Shown here: positions 9,715 through 18,708 of the stretch, piece after piece
Layout of the letters: every line of letters starts with the position of its first letter
Numbering within the stretch: the stretch's first letter is position 1
DNA from: a virus
Direction: 5' to 3' (one strand)
Length of the DNA: 64,000 nucleotides
IMG/VR virus record: IMGVR_UViG_3300016471_001132
Location: 64,001 to 128,000 of that record
Translations under genes and position numbers: made by a program
Notes under the pieces: model-generated
Database searches by the model: none
What the model saw: the letters and a program-made list of their open reading frames with translations, nothing else
Told to the model about the DNA's origin: nothing

Positions 9715-10079
9715 CAGCCAGTGACGGCGTCAGATATGGTGTCGTCGGAGCCAGGATGCTCGTCCGACACGAGCAGGATATCTTTGGGATCGATGCGGCG
9801 TATGGTCTTGGTGCCTGTGTCGTCTTGTATGTCAAGTCCGCGAGTCCACCGGCCGTGTGCTACACAGATCCATTGCCCAACCTGCACATCTTTCTGCTCT
9901 GGGCCCACTGCATAGACTTGTCCCCACCGTGGACGGATGCCATCGCTTTTGCCGTTGTCGCTGGGCAGTATGATGCCTGAACTCAGTTGTCGACCTTTGA
10001 ATTCCATGTCTTTGACTATGACTGAATCATTGAGGGGGCGGATTTCCCTTATCACTGTGGGGCTGAATGCTGGTTTCAT
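9714..10079 (-). CDS. groES: Co-chaperonin GroES (Cpn10), phage type
   Basis: IRPLNDSVIV, SSGIILP, GQVYAVGP. Confidence 0.85.
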   Translation of the reverse strand: MKPAFSPTVIREIRPLNDSVIVKDMEFKGRQLSSGIILPSDNGKSDGIRPRWGQVYAVGPEQKDVQVGQWICVAHGRWTRGLDIQDDTGTKTIRRIDPKDILLVSDEHPGSDDTISDAVTG

Positions 10080-10534
10080 ATTTTCCTTACACCAGGAGTT
10101 TGTTGGGCCACTTCGCGTGGAGTTTTCAGTGGTTCTTGTTTTACCTGCCGGGCTCTAGCGATGGCAGCAGCCAGGCCTTGACCCGGTGCTTCGGGCGCAG
10201 TAGATCCCTGTGCGACAGGTTTAGACGCCGCAGTCACTGGTTTATCTTGAATAGGCCTTTGGAAATCGTCATCGAAATCCTCGGGTGGTGTTGGGATTTC
10301 AATATCAGCGGCGCTGGTTGGTACCCGGGAGTCGCTGGTATTGGTTGTCTGGCGACGATACTGACGCGCTACTTGTTGATTGCGGGTGGCCACTGGACGA
10401 TTATTGCTGTCGATAAGATCACCACGAGCGTTGACTTTTTGGTTGCCCACAGCCCGGACATTTTCGTTCCGTAATTGCAGGGCACCGATGTCAACGGTTT
10501 TGCCCTGGGCGGTGCGATATATTCTGCGTGTCAT
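10076..10534 (-). CDS. Hypothetical late protein
   Basis: TAAATA 10558-10563 and GAGG SD upstream; low-complexity C-terminal half. Confidence 0.6.
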   Translation of the reverse strand: MTRRIYRTAQGKTVDIGALQLRNENVRAVGNQKVNARGDLIDSNNRPVATRNQQVARQYRRQTTNTSDSRVPTSAADIEIPTPPEDFDDDFQRPIQDKPVTAASKPVAQGSTAPEAPGQGLAAAIARARQVKQEPLKTPREVAQQTPGVRKI

Positions 10535-10560
10535 TGGATTCCCTCTTGTTGTGATGATAT

Positions 10561-11073
10561 TTAACGCAAAAATTCTCTAGGGTCTAAATCATAGTACATG
10601 CTATCGATCTTGTGAACGCCCAAGAGATATAAGACATAACTGGCCACAGAACTCCCACGGCCCACTCCCCAGATGATGGAATTTTGTTGCATGACATCCA
10701 CGAGATACTTCATGTATCTCAAGAGATCAAACATTCCATGCTCTTGATAAAGCAGCAATTCCTGTCCTACACGCTGTAATTGTTCCTGAGAACTGCACAG
10801 AGACAGCACATGTTCGGCGATATCCATGTTTCTATAATCATCCGGCATGTACCAGTTTTCCTGTTGTTGCCGATGGAATTCTGGCACAGAACACGCATGG
10901 AATCTCTGCTGTCTGAGATCTGGTACAGGGTCTATGTCATCTGGAAATCTAGACAGATCCACTGATTGATCCACGATCATGTTTTGGATGCTGCCTATGT
11001 CTCGACCTTGCATGATCAGGTCGATCACATCATCCTCTGAGAAAATCATTTCTCCGAATTTATTTGTTTGCAT
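10561..11073 (-). CDS. dnaE: DNA polymerase III alpha (DnaE) fragment, ending just before the catalytic Asp motif
   Basis: WGVGRGSSVASYVLYLLGVHKID...REFLR matches DnaE GxGRGSxxGSLVAYxLGITxxDP...FERFL; stop TAA. Confidence 0.8.
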   Translation of the reverse strand: MQTNKFGEMIFSEDDVIDLIMQGRDIGSIQNMIVDQSVDLSRFPDDIDPVPDLRQQRFHACSVPEFHRQQQENWYMPDDYRNMDIAEHVLSLCSSQEQLQRVGQELLLYQEHGMFDLLRYMKYLVDVMQQNSIIWGVGRGSSVASYVLYLLGVHKIDSMYYDLDPREFLR

Positions 11074-11656
11074 CGTCATCAAATCTGCCAAAAACCACTG
11101 TGTCAGTATTGGAAGATTTATCATCGTTCCAGTCGAGATCATGATCTTTCCATTCAGGAAGCCGTCCCAGATTGACTACCTTGTCTGTGACATTGTATCG
11201 AGTCATGCTCCAGACAGGTCGTGGATCTTGCCACCATCCAGATTGTGCCAAAGGTCCGATGGATTCTTTCCAGTTGTGTAGATAACTCATTGAATCACCT
11301 GCACGGCTCCAGATTTCTACATCAGTGATCATGATGCGATCTTCCATCACAGCATTGAGTTTGGAGCATAACATGATTCCCACGATCTGGTCTACGGGTT
11401 CCACAGGAAAGGCCATGATTCTGGCGCCAGTGTCCTTCCATTGTTTAATGTTTCCTTGTGCTTCATCGATGAAGATGGCACCGTCTAGTATTTCGTTGAA
11501 CCAGAATTTCATCCGTTCGTAGGCTAGATTTTGCTCCACGGGATCTTCCGTTGCTGTGAGCATTTCTAATTGTGCTGTGTAATGGTTGATCAAGAACTGG
11601 CCGTTGTACACCACGCCCGAATACCAACTAAAAGTTTTCTTTAATCTAACATTCAT
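11060..11656 (-). CDS. Conserved phage hypothetical protein
   Basis: 198-aa ORF in an operon with the DnaE fragment. Confidence 0.6.
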   Translation of the reverse strand: MNVRLKKTFSWYSGVVYNGQFLINHYTAQLEMLTATEDPVEQNLAYERMKFWFNEILDGAIFIDEAQGNIKQWKDTGARIMAFPVEPVDQIVGIMLCSKLNAVMEDRIMITDVEIWSRAGDSMSYLHNWKESIGPLAQSGWWQDPRPVWSMTRYNVTDKVVNLGRLPEWKDHDLDWNDDKSSNTDTVVFGRFDDDANK

Positions 11657-11892
11657 GAAATATCGATCTTGTCACCAAAATCAGGATTGTTCTTTGAACT
11701 CTTTTCCCACTCTTCTTGCTGCAGTTGGCGTAATTTATTCTGATAGGTTTCCAGAGCCATGCGGACTTGTTGTGTGAGAAAATCATTGCCAGAACGATGC
11801 GCCCAACCCAATTTCTTGGTGAGATCAGAGACCTTGGCCTGGAGTTGTTCCATGCTCAATGAGTCGGCATCGGTTATCAGTGGATGTTCCAT
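11653..11892 (-). CDS. Small coiled-coil hypothetical protein
   Basis: First gene after the sigma70 promoter at 11914-11942. Confidence 0.55.
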   Translation of the reverse strand: MEHPLITDADSLSMEQLQAKVSDLTKKLGWAHRSGNDFLTQQVRMALETYQNKLRQLQQEEWEKSSKNNPDFGDKIDIS

Positions 11893-11930
11893 AAATGAAA
11901 AGCCCTTGATACTATTTTAGCATCAAGGGC
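11893..11930 (-). terminator. Intrinsic terminator after the structural gene block
   Basis: GCCCTTGAT-N11-ATCAAGGGC hairpin (11902-11930) followed by TTTTCATTT on the minus strand. Confidence 0.75.
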
Positions 11931-11942
11931 CACGATTGTCAA
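11914..11942 (-). promoter_or_regulatory. sigma70 promoter with extended -10, overlapping the terminator
   Basis: TTGACA-N17-TAAAAT preceded by TGC. Confidence 0.8.
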
Positions 11943-11952
11943 ACTATTTTGG

Positions 11953-12861
11953 TTAACCGAACACGCATCCGTTGTTGCCCACACAGCACCATTTGGCATT
12001 GGTGTACAGCAGTGTGCAGCCGTCCCCAACGTCACCAAAAGTGATGGTACCGGATCCGCCCCAAGCAGGGTTGGTCACTGTGATCACCATGTCGCCGCCA
12101 CCGTCCGTGGTCATGGCAAACATCTTGACCTGTCCGTCGGTACCAGCTGCCAAGGTAGCAGTTTCTCCTGTGGCACCAGTGGCGATGTAGGTCACTGGTA
12201 ATGTGGTGCTTACTGCGGCAGCGTTGGCTAGATCTTCGCTGCCAGTCAAGAACAATGGGTTGGTAAACACGTTCAGCGGCCGGTTGAGATCAAATATGGA
12301 TATGTTGCTGCCGCCGTTGTTGGTCTCAAACTCAAACTCGTAAACTCCAGTGGCGCCGAAAGTGATCACATTGCCTGACAGTCCCTGGATGCCAGTGTTG
12401 TTGACATTGACTGCTGTGGGCAAGGTCAAGGTATGTAGCACATTGGCGACGTTGGCCTGAACACGAGCACGGCTAGTGGTGCCCGAGGCGCTGAAGTTTG
12501 TGAATGCCAAGGATATCGTACCAGCACTGCCTGAAGTTGAGAAAGTGTAATACGGTCCCGCGGAGTAGTCTATAGTGGCAGTATTACCAGTGGTCAGTGT
12601 GCCCAGGGCCACCCTTGTCTCGCTCATGTCCTGCAGTTGCGCATCAATCAGCAGAGATCCGCCCATGTTGTTGTTTAATGTGGTTCCGGTCAGAGCAGAT
12701 TTCAGTACAGCTTTGGTCTGCAGATCCGTGATCTCAGATGCAGCGTAGGTAAAATTGGTCTTGGTAGCCGTGAAATTATCCCGGAAACCTTGGCTGTTGT
12801 TGTCCTGGCCCGCTACTGGATAGGTGCCATCTATGTTGTTTGGGTTGATCGACGAAGTCAT
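11953..12861 (-). CDS. Virion structural protein (tail/baseplate associated)
   Basis: Gly/Thr/Asn-rich beta protein; TAAATA 12884-12889; in the structural block. Confidence 0.6.
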   Translation of the reverse strand: MTSSINPNNIDGTYPVAGQDNNSQGFRDNFTATKTNFTYAASEITDLQTKAVLKSALTGTTLNNNMGGSLLIDAQLQDMSETRVALGTLTTGNTATIDYSAGPYYTFSTSGSAGTISLAFTNFSASGTTSRARVQANVANVLHTLTLPTAVNVNNTGIQGLSGNVITFGATGVYEFEFETNNGGSNISIFDLNRPLNVFTNPLFLTGSEDLANAAAVSTTLPVTYIATGATGETATLAAGTDGQVKMFAMTTDGGGDMVITVTNPAWGGSGTITFGDVGDGCTLLYTNAKWCCVGNNGCVFG

Positions 12862-12891
12862 CTTTGCATCCTAAATTATGGTGTATTTAGC

Positions 12892-14112
12892 CTAGGATCG
12901 GAGCCAGTGCCCTTGAAAATAAGTAGAAGTGCCCGACCCAGATGTTGCAAAAACAGACAGTGCGGCAGTAGTAAATAAGTCACAGTAAATATAGTCAGTG
13001 GTTCCATTTAAGTAAATTAGACAATTCAGTGTTGAAATTGGTTGAAACCCGTTGATCCCAGGATATGATCCTAGTTTAGTTACAATGCCATTTTTTGCCA
13101 GCCTGATGAGTATTGCAATATTTGATAACGAATCTGTTGGAAAAACTTGAACAGATGCATTAATTTGATACCAGCCGGCTACAGTTGGAGTGAATCTACC
13201 ATTAGATGTATTGAAACAATTTGCAGAATCTAATTCTTTGTTTTGAAACAATAATGTTAAATTAGTCGGCGCGACAGGAATAACCTGCGGCGAAGTTTGT
13301 ATAGCACTAAACGAAGGGCCGCTAATACCAGTCAACTGCGTGCCGCTACCTATAAATGCATTTGCCGTAACATCGCCAGTAACTGAAAGATTAGTTCCTA
13401 TAGAAGCACTAGTGGCAATGGATAGATTGCCGCTTGATACTATATAAGCACCTCTCACAGGCCCAGTAGAATACAGATCGCTGCCTTGGACTGCGCCTGC
13501 AGTGAGAAATGCGCTGCCCTGCACACGCTGTGTGGCCACAACATTGCCTGTGGTGGTGATGTTTCCACCCACGATATTGCCAAAAGCTGTGACGCCGCCC
13601 ACAGTGGCTTCTAATGTATAACCAGTGACTGCACCATTGGCTGTTAAGTTACCGCCTGTGATAGTACGACTGGAATTGATGACACCATTGGTGACAATGT
13701 TCCCGCCCTGGATGTTTCCGGAGACAGTGACCGGTCCAGAAAAAATACCATTGGCTCCTATGATTGACGCAGTGGTGGTGACATTGCCGGTTAAGCTGGT
13801 CAATGCTCCTGTGTATGTCGGCAAGTAAGAGGCCACATTGGAATTACCGTAATTGTTGCTATCGATGCTGCTCAATATAGAAACACCGTTGGCCCAATAA
13901 TAACCCGGCGCATACATGCCGCCTGATAATGTGCGTATATTTCCAGATACTATTAACGATGTCAGCTGACCCACGGAGGTGATCACAGGCTGTGCCGATG
14001 CAGTCACAGTGCCGGCAGTGTCGGCCGCTGCTTTGACATTGGCGAAGTTGGCATCCAGTTCGCTGAGGGCTATATTGCCAGTTTGATTGGCAAAGATGTA
14101 AGGTACTGTCAT
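12892..14112 (-). CDS. Tail fibre / receptor-binding protein with C-terminal C1q-like head
   Basis: G-N-I-x-G-G-N shaft repeats; FSA...FNTSNGRFTPTVAGWYQINASV is a C1q-type signature. Confidence 0.7.
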   Translation of the reverse strand: MTVPYIFANQTGNIALSELDANFANVKAAADTAGTVTASAQPVITSVGQLTSLIVSGNIRTLSGGMYAPGYYWANGVSILSSIDSNNYGNSNVASYLPTYTGALTSLTGNVTTTASIIGANGIFSGPVTVSGNIQGGNIVTNGVINSSRTITGGNLTANGAVTGYTLEATVGGVTAFGNIVGGNITTTGNVVATQRVQGSAFLTAGAVQGSDLYSTGPVRGAYIVSSGNLSIATSASIGTNLSVTGDVTANAFIGSGTQLTGISGPSFSAIQTSPQVIPVAPTNLTLLFQNKELDSANCFNTSNGRFTPTVAGWYQINASVQVFPTDSLSNIAILIRLAKNGIVTKLGSYPGINGFQPISTLNCLIYLNGTTDYIYCDLFTTAALSVFATSGSGTSTYFQGHWLRS

Positions 14113-14130
14113 TTTAATCTCTCAGCATAT

Positions 14131-17100
14131 TTATGCGTAATTGTTTAGCCAGACCACGGCGTTGCCTGAATCGTTGTTCCAGGTGACACTGCTCAATCTA
14201 ACGTTGCGCCATATGATCACAGGATTGGGCGTGGGTGGCGGCGGCCCAGGTATGGTTGGGGTGGGATCGATGATATTGATCTTGGGGAACAACAGGTATC
14301 GATCAAAATCATCTGTGCCGGTGTATTGATCAGCAGGACTGACGAAGGCTGTGCTGCCACCATCAAACACCGTGGGTGTCCTTGCTGTGCTATTAGTGTC
14401 CAGTTGGTAAGTGCTGGAGATCTGATTGATAGCCACTGTGGCATTGGCAGGCAAAGCAGCACCTGCAAAAATAGCTGGATTGGCACCCGAAGCCGTGCGG
14501 ATAATCACACTGTTTGGCGGGTCGATCTGCTGCCAATAATATCCGTCGGAGATAGCTGTTCCGGCCGGCACATCTCTCAAGCTGCGATAGTAAAGTCCCC
14601 CGGTGGTCACTGTGGCATAGGTGCCATAAGAATCCAAAGAGTTCCAATCTCTGATATTGGTTTCTGGAATACCTCGGCTGTAACTCAGTTGCCAACTGTT
14701 GCCAGTTGTGCCGGACTTCCAGTAAGGGATCACAGTGCCATTGACAGTGACCACCAACTTGCCCGTGCCTGACTGGGCTTGGAATCCCCAGGCTTCGGTG
14801 ATACCGTCGGCAGTGTAAGAATTGACCTGCACCACTTGCCCAGTGGTATTCAAAGAAAAAATATTGTCTCTGTACTGGAATTGAGTGTGTAAATCAAAAG
14901 TAGTGGCAGCAGGCGCTGAGCCATCGGGCGATAGCCAAGTACCAATGGCAGGATCCCAAAGATAAGTCTGACTGCGATCCAGTTCATAACGATCGGCTTT
15001 GAAGTCAATCTTATTGAGTTGATCACCAAATCTCGTGCGGATGTTGTATGCAACCCTGTCACCTTGCCCGGGCTGCAGATAAGCTATGACCCAGGCCGGA
15101 GTGAATCCCAATGTGCGGCCGTCACTCTGCTGGCTGGTCATCCACAGAGGCAGCGCAGGTGTAAGGGGTGGAGATATCTGTCCCACGACCGAAACCACTT
15201 GATCTCGCATGTTTATGAGACTGTTGGGATAGACAACACTTATCTCTGTGCTGTCTCCTTGGTTGATGGGATAAGGCAGCGTGACCTCTTTGCCCACGCT
15301 CTCGCCTTCGTTGTTGACGAGATCGTCGATGATAGATGAATACACCACATCATAGATGTAGTTGCCTGCACTGTCAATGGCTCGAGCTGTGCGTATCTCT
15401 CCCAGGGTTAGATTCTTCCAGTAATGATTTAGCTCCAGGCTTTCAACATACTCTTCCAGTGCCACAGCATTCAGTCCATAGGCATGATCATAGACCACGT
15501 CCGCTGCCACACCAAAATTGGGGTCATCAGATCGGTAAACCAAGGCATTGGGTATGATCTCTTGATTCTGTACCAACTGTTCGATCAGAGCACGATCATC
15601 CTCAGGCGGCATTGCCTTGATGTAGAGTTTCTGATAGGGTTCATTGAAATACCGCACGACTTTTATGCTGAACCTGCGGAACACACTGATGGCGTTGTTC
15701 ACCGACCTAGTGGTTATGGTTGCGGTAGCTGTGACTCCTGCGCCACCTCCCCCGCTGAAACTCACTGTGGGCGGTGTGGTGTATCCATTGCCAGGATTGC
15801 CCACAGTGATGGCAGTGACCACTCCGTTTTCTATCACTGGCGTACCGGCTACTGCACCCGATCCTCCCCCGCCGGTGATGGATATAAACGGAGATCCGCT
15901 GTAACCAGATCCACCAGAGGATAAGTTTATTGCCGTTATAGCTCCTGAAACTATCGTGGCGCTGCTGACAGCTACACCTGTTCCACCACCGCCTATGATG
16001 ACCACTGAGGGTTGGCTGGTGTAACCAGAGCCGCCCGACGACACAGGTATGCTGGTAATGACCCCGTTGCTGATGGTAGCAGTGGCAGTGGCCTGCAAAG
16101 CACCATCCACTGCTGAAGGAGCAGACAGCGTGACTGTGGGCGCAGTGGTATAACCTGATCCACCAGAGACGATATTGATGCCACTGACTTCATAGTTGAC
16201 CTGCTCGGTCTGGGCCGCAAATGCGTTCACTGTGAAATGATATTCGCTGTCAAAGGTAGTGTCTCCTGCATCTATGGTCGTTTCACCTTGATCCAGCGCG
16301 AAAGTTATAAAACTCACACGGCCGGTGATGTGCCCCGACGGTTGCAGAGTAAGTCCCTGCGGCAATCTGCTGTCGCTGCCGCTCTGCAGCTGATAAGTCA
16401 GCGCTCGTCCACCTCGGTTGACTGCGGCCACTGCCAAGGTAGAGATGCTGCCATTGAGGATGCTGCCGAGGTCGGGGTCAGTCAACCAGGTTACCTCGGT
16501 ATTGATATTACCAGTGATGGTCAGTGTGTAATAGTAGAAGTCGGAGATCACAGTGGGATCACCGGCTTTGTAAACGCGAATGGCAAATTGATAAGTGAAT
16601 TCTGTGGCGCCTTGGTCAGGGATGTAACCTGTGAGCCATCCTGTGGTTTGATTTAGCGTCAGCCCCGGGGGCAAGCTCTGGCTGCCACGGTCGAATCCTT
16701 CTCCGTCTCTATCAAAACTGCCCGGACCTCCAGTCACTGTACCAGCATCAAAGCCAATGGCGGCACCAGTGGTGATAGTGTATTCTATGGTATCGCCATC
16801 AAAATCAATGGCTTCGAACTGGAAGGCGAAAAATCCACCCGATCTGACTGTGCCCAGACTGCCTGCTGGCGTGATGATCACTGGTGTGCGGGTGGGTATG
16901 GCATCAGCAGTGATGAATGTGTTGTCGGCGGTAAAGTCAGTGGTATCAGCTGTGAGACTATCTGAACTGTAGACAAAGATCTCATAGGTCCGTATGGCAC
17001 CAGGATCTTCTACCGTGGTCAGGCTGCCGCCTATCTTCAAAGTAAATTGATAGTTCTTGCTGGCAGATCGTGTGGAGAAATCCCAAGGGTACACATCCCA

Positions 17101-17673
17101 GTTGGTAGCATCCCAGCCCGCTGGAGCAGTCCCGGGCGGACCCACCAAGGGTTCAATCACGCCGGAAATCAAACCGGTGCGGCTTACAGTGAGTCCAGGC
17201 GGTAACTCACCATACAGCAATTCTATGTTAGGACTCTCGTTCTCGTCCAGTCCGGTGTACTCTATTTGGACTTCAGCGGCCCGCCCATCGAAAAAAGTAC
17301 CTACATTTCCCGCAGGTGTGACGAATTCAGGATCATTGCGATCTATGACTGTGAGTTCAAAAGTGCGGTCATTGATGCGATCTACAAGGATCCGACCGTT
17401 GACCGTTCGTGTGGTGTAGGCACGGATGGCGAATCTGCTGGTGACATCGCGTGCCACATCTGCTGGTACACCTTGTACGCGGGCCACAGTGCTGGGCACA
17501 CCTTCGATCACACCATTGGTGTTGATTTGTACACCTGCGGGCAGTTCGCCGGCGATGAGTCGGAAATATACTATTTCACCCTCGGCTTCGGCGGTCACAG
17601 GAGTGCTGTAAAATTGCCCTTCGGGTATGCTACCCAGGCTGCCGGCAGGAGTGATCCATTGTGGCTGGGCCAT
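14131..17673 (-). CDS. Baseplate wedge-type structural protein with Ig-like (putative Ig) domains
   Basis: Repeated W-x-T-P-A-G-x-L-G and LPxGLxLxxxG motifs; internal GGSGYT-x-x-P repeats; 1180 aa. Confidence 0.7.
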   Translation of the reverse strand: MAQPQWITPAGSLGSIPEGQFYSTPVTAEAEGEIVYFRLIAGELPAGVQINTNGVIEGVPSTVARVQGVPADVARDVTSRFAIRAYTTRTVNGRILVDRINDRTFELTVIDRNDPEFVTPAGNVGTFFDGRAAEVQIEYTGLDENESPNIELLYGELPPGLTVSRTGLISGVIEPLVGPPGTAPAGWDATNWDVYPWDFSTRSASKNYQFTLKIGGSLTTVEDPGAIRTYEIFVYSSDSLTADTTDFTADNTFITADAIPTRTPVIITPAGSLGTVRSGGFFAFQFEAIDFDGDTIEYTITTGAAIGFDAGTVTGGPGSFDRDGEGFDRGSQSLPPGLTLNQTTGWLTGYIPDQGATEFTYQFAIRVYKAGDPTVISDFYYYTLTITGNINTEVTWLTDPDLGSILNGSISTLAVAAVNRGGRALTYQLQSGSDSRLPQGLTLQPSGHITGRVSFITFALDQGETTIDAGDTTFDSEYHFTVNAFAAQTEQVNYEVSGINIVSGGSGYTTAPTVTLSAPSAVDGALQATATATISNGVITSIPVSSGGSGYTSQPSVVIIGGGGTGVAVSSATIVSGAITAINLSSGGSGYSGSPFISITGGGGSGAVAGTPVIENGVVTAITVGNPGNGYTTPPTVSFSGGGGAGVTATATITTRSVNNAISVFRRFSIKVVRYFNEPYQKLYIKAMPPEDDRALIEQLVQNQEIIPNALVYRSDDPNFGVAADVVYDHAYGLNAVALEEYVESLELNHYWKNLTLGEIRTARAIDSAGNYIYDVVYSSIIDDLVNNEGESVGKEVTLPYPINQGDSTEISVVYPNSLINMRDQVVSVVGQISPPLTPALPLWMTSQQSDGRTLGFTPAWVIAYLQPGQGDRVAYNIRTRFGDQLNKIDFKADRYELDRSQTYLWDPAIGTWLSPDGSAPAATTFDLHTQFQYRDNIFSLNTTGQVVQVNSYTADGITEAWGFQAQSGTGKLVVTVNGTVIPYWKSGTTGNSWQLSYSRGIPETNIRDWNSLDSYGTYATVTTGGLYYRSLRDVPAGTAISDGYYWQQIDPPNSVIIRTASGANPAIFAGAALPANATVAINQISSTYQLDTNSTARTPTVFDGGSTAFVSPADQYTGTDDFDRYLLFPKINIIDPTPTIPGPPPPTPNPVIIWRNVRLSSVTWNNDSGNAVVWLNNYA

Positions 17674-17937
17674 TTACCATGCCGATCCTGCGATGCGCTT
17701 CCAGATTATGGTGCTGTCGCCCACATAATCCTGGAAACAGTAGTAGAAATAATCTTCATCTACTGCGTACATGCCTTTGACATCAGTGGCCACACCATCG
17801 GGATTGTCCGGTGGTGTGGTCTTGAATCTCAAGAAAAGTTCGTCAAAATTGCTGTTACATTTGCCAAATGCTGTGCGCAGAGGATCGCCCAGGCCATCGT
17901 TGGGTGCTGTTCCTATGTTTATGGTCTGCTGTGCCAT
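17674..17937 (-). CDS. Short protein with T4 gp9/gp10-like N-terminal baseplate-docking motif
   Basis: INIGTAPNDGLGDPLRTAFGKCNSNFDELF. Confidence 0.7.
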   Translation of the reverse strand: MAQQTINIGTAPNDGLGDPLRTAFGKCNSNFDELFLRFKTTPPDNPDGVATDVKGMYAVDEDYFYYCFQDYVGDSTIIWKRIAGSAW

Positions 17938-17979
17938 CTTTTACCTCGCTTTGAGTGTATTTAGCGGATTTCCACAGGG

Positions 17980-18708
17980 TTAAACGCCGTATCTTCCTCG
18001 CATGGCATTGAAGTTTTGTTTGACCTGTGTGGCAGTGAGTGCTGTGTTGTAGATCAAACTCTGCCCAATGTTGCCATTCACTGGATAACTACCCACAGGA
18101 TTTTCTCCAGTAAATGCACTGAGCCCGATCCAGACATTTTGATCATTGGTCACGGATCCTATGGTGGTTGCCGCTGTAGCCACTTGTGTTCCGTCGGCAT
18201 ACAGATAAAGATTTCCTCCAGTGGCATCTCTCACAAACACAGCATTGTGCCACGCTCCGTCGCAATATCCGGCGGTGCTCTGCAGGTTTTCCGAAGAGAC
18301 AGCAGCATCCGCTGTATCTCCGCGTAATTTTCCAGTGGTAATCTCTAGCCAGAGTCTATAGTTCCAAGGTCTTCCAACTGTGGTTTCTTTGCTGAACAAC
18401 ATTTGATATGTGGTTGTGATACTACTTTTGAACCACGAACTTAGCGTAAATGTATTGTAACTCAGATATTGCCCAACATCGATGTATTTCCTACCAGTGG
18501 CACCATCAAATGTAAAACTTGGAGCACGAGCGGAAGAATATCCTACACTTCTTTGTAGCGTGGTGGTATAGCGATTTGGACTCAAATCATAGCTGCTGGT
18601 GCCCGATCCTGGATAACTCGCATAGAGATCGGGCTCCAACCAAAGTTGCAGTCCATCTGTGATGATCTGCCCGGGCAAGGCAGACACTGCCGCGAGAGCA
18701 CCGGCCAT
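17980..18708 (-). CDS. Concanavalin A-like lectin/LamG domain protein
   Basis: SYPGSGT...DLS, FTLSSWFK, WHNAVF, GNIGQSLIYNTALTA. Confidence 0.8.
   Translation of the reverse strand: MAGALAAVSALPGQIITDGLQLWLEPDLYASYPGSGTSSYDLSPNRYTTTLQRSVGYSSARAPSFTFDGATGRKYIDVGQYLSYNTFTLSSWFKSSITTTYQMLFSKETTVGRPWNYRLWLEITTGKLRGDTADAAVSSENLQSTAGYCDGAWHNAVFVRDATGGNLYLYADGTQVATAATTIGSVTNDQNVWIGLSAFTGENPVGSYPVNGNIGQSLIYNTALTATQVKQNFNAMRGRYGV

Noticed and set aside
10534-10600. Split intein or intron at the end of the DnaE fragment
   Set aside because: There is no intein block A (C/S start) or Hint motif, no group I/II intron features and no homing nuclease; the next gene starts 26 nt later with its own promoter.
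17266-17964. 232-aa plus-strand ORF, and many similar shadow ORFs in the structural block
   Set aside because: These are antisense shadows of baseplate and fibre genes with no recognisable features.
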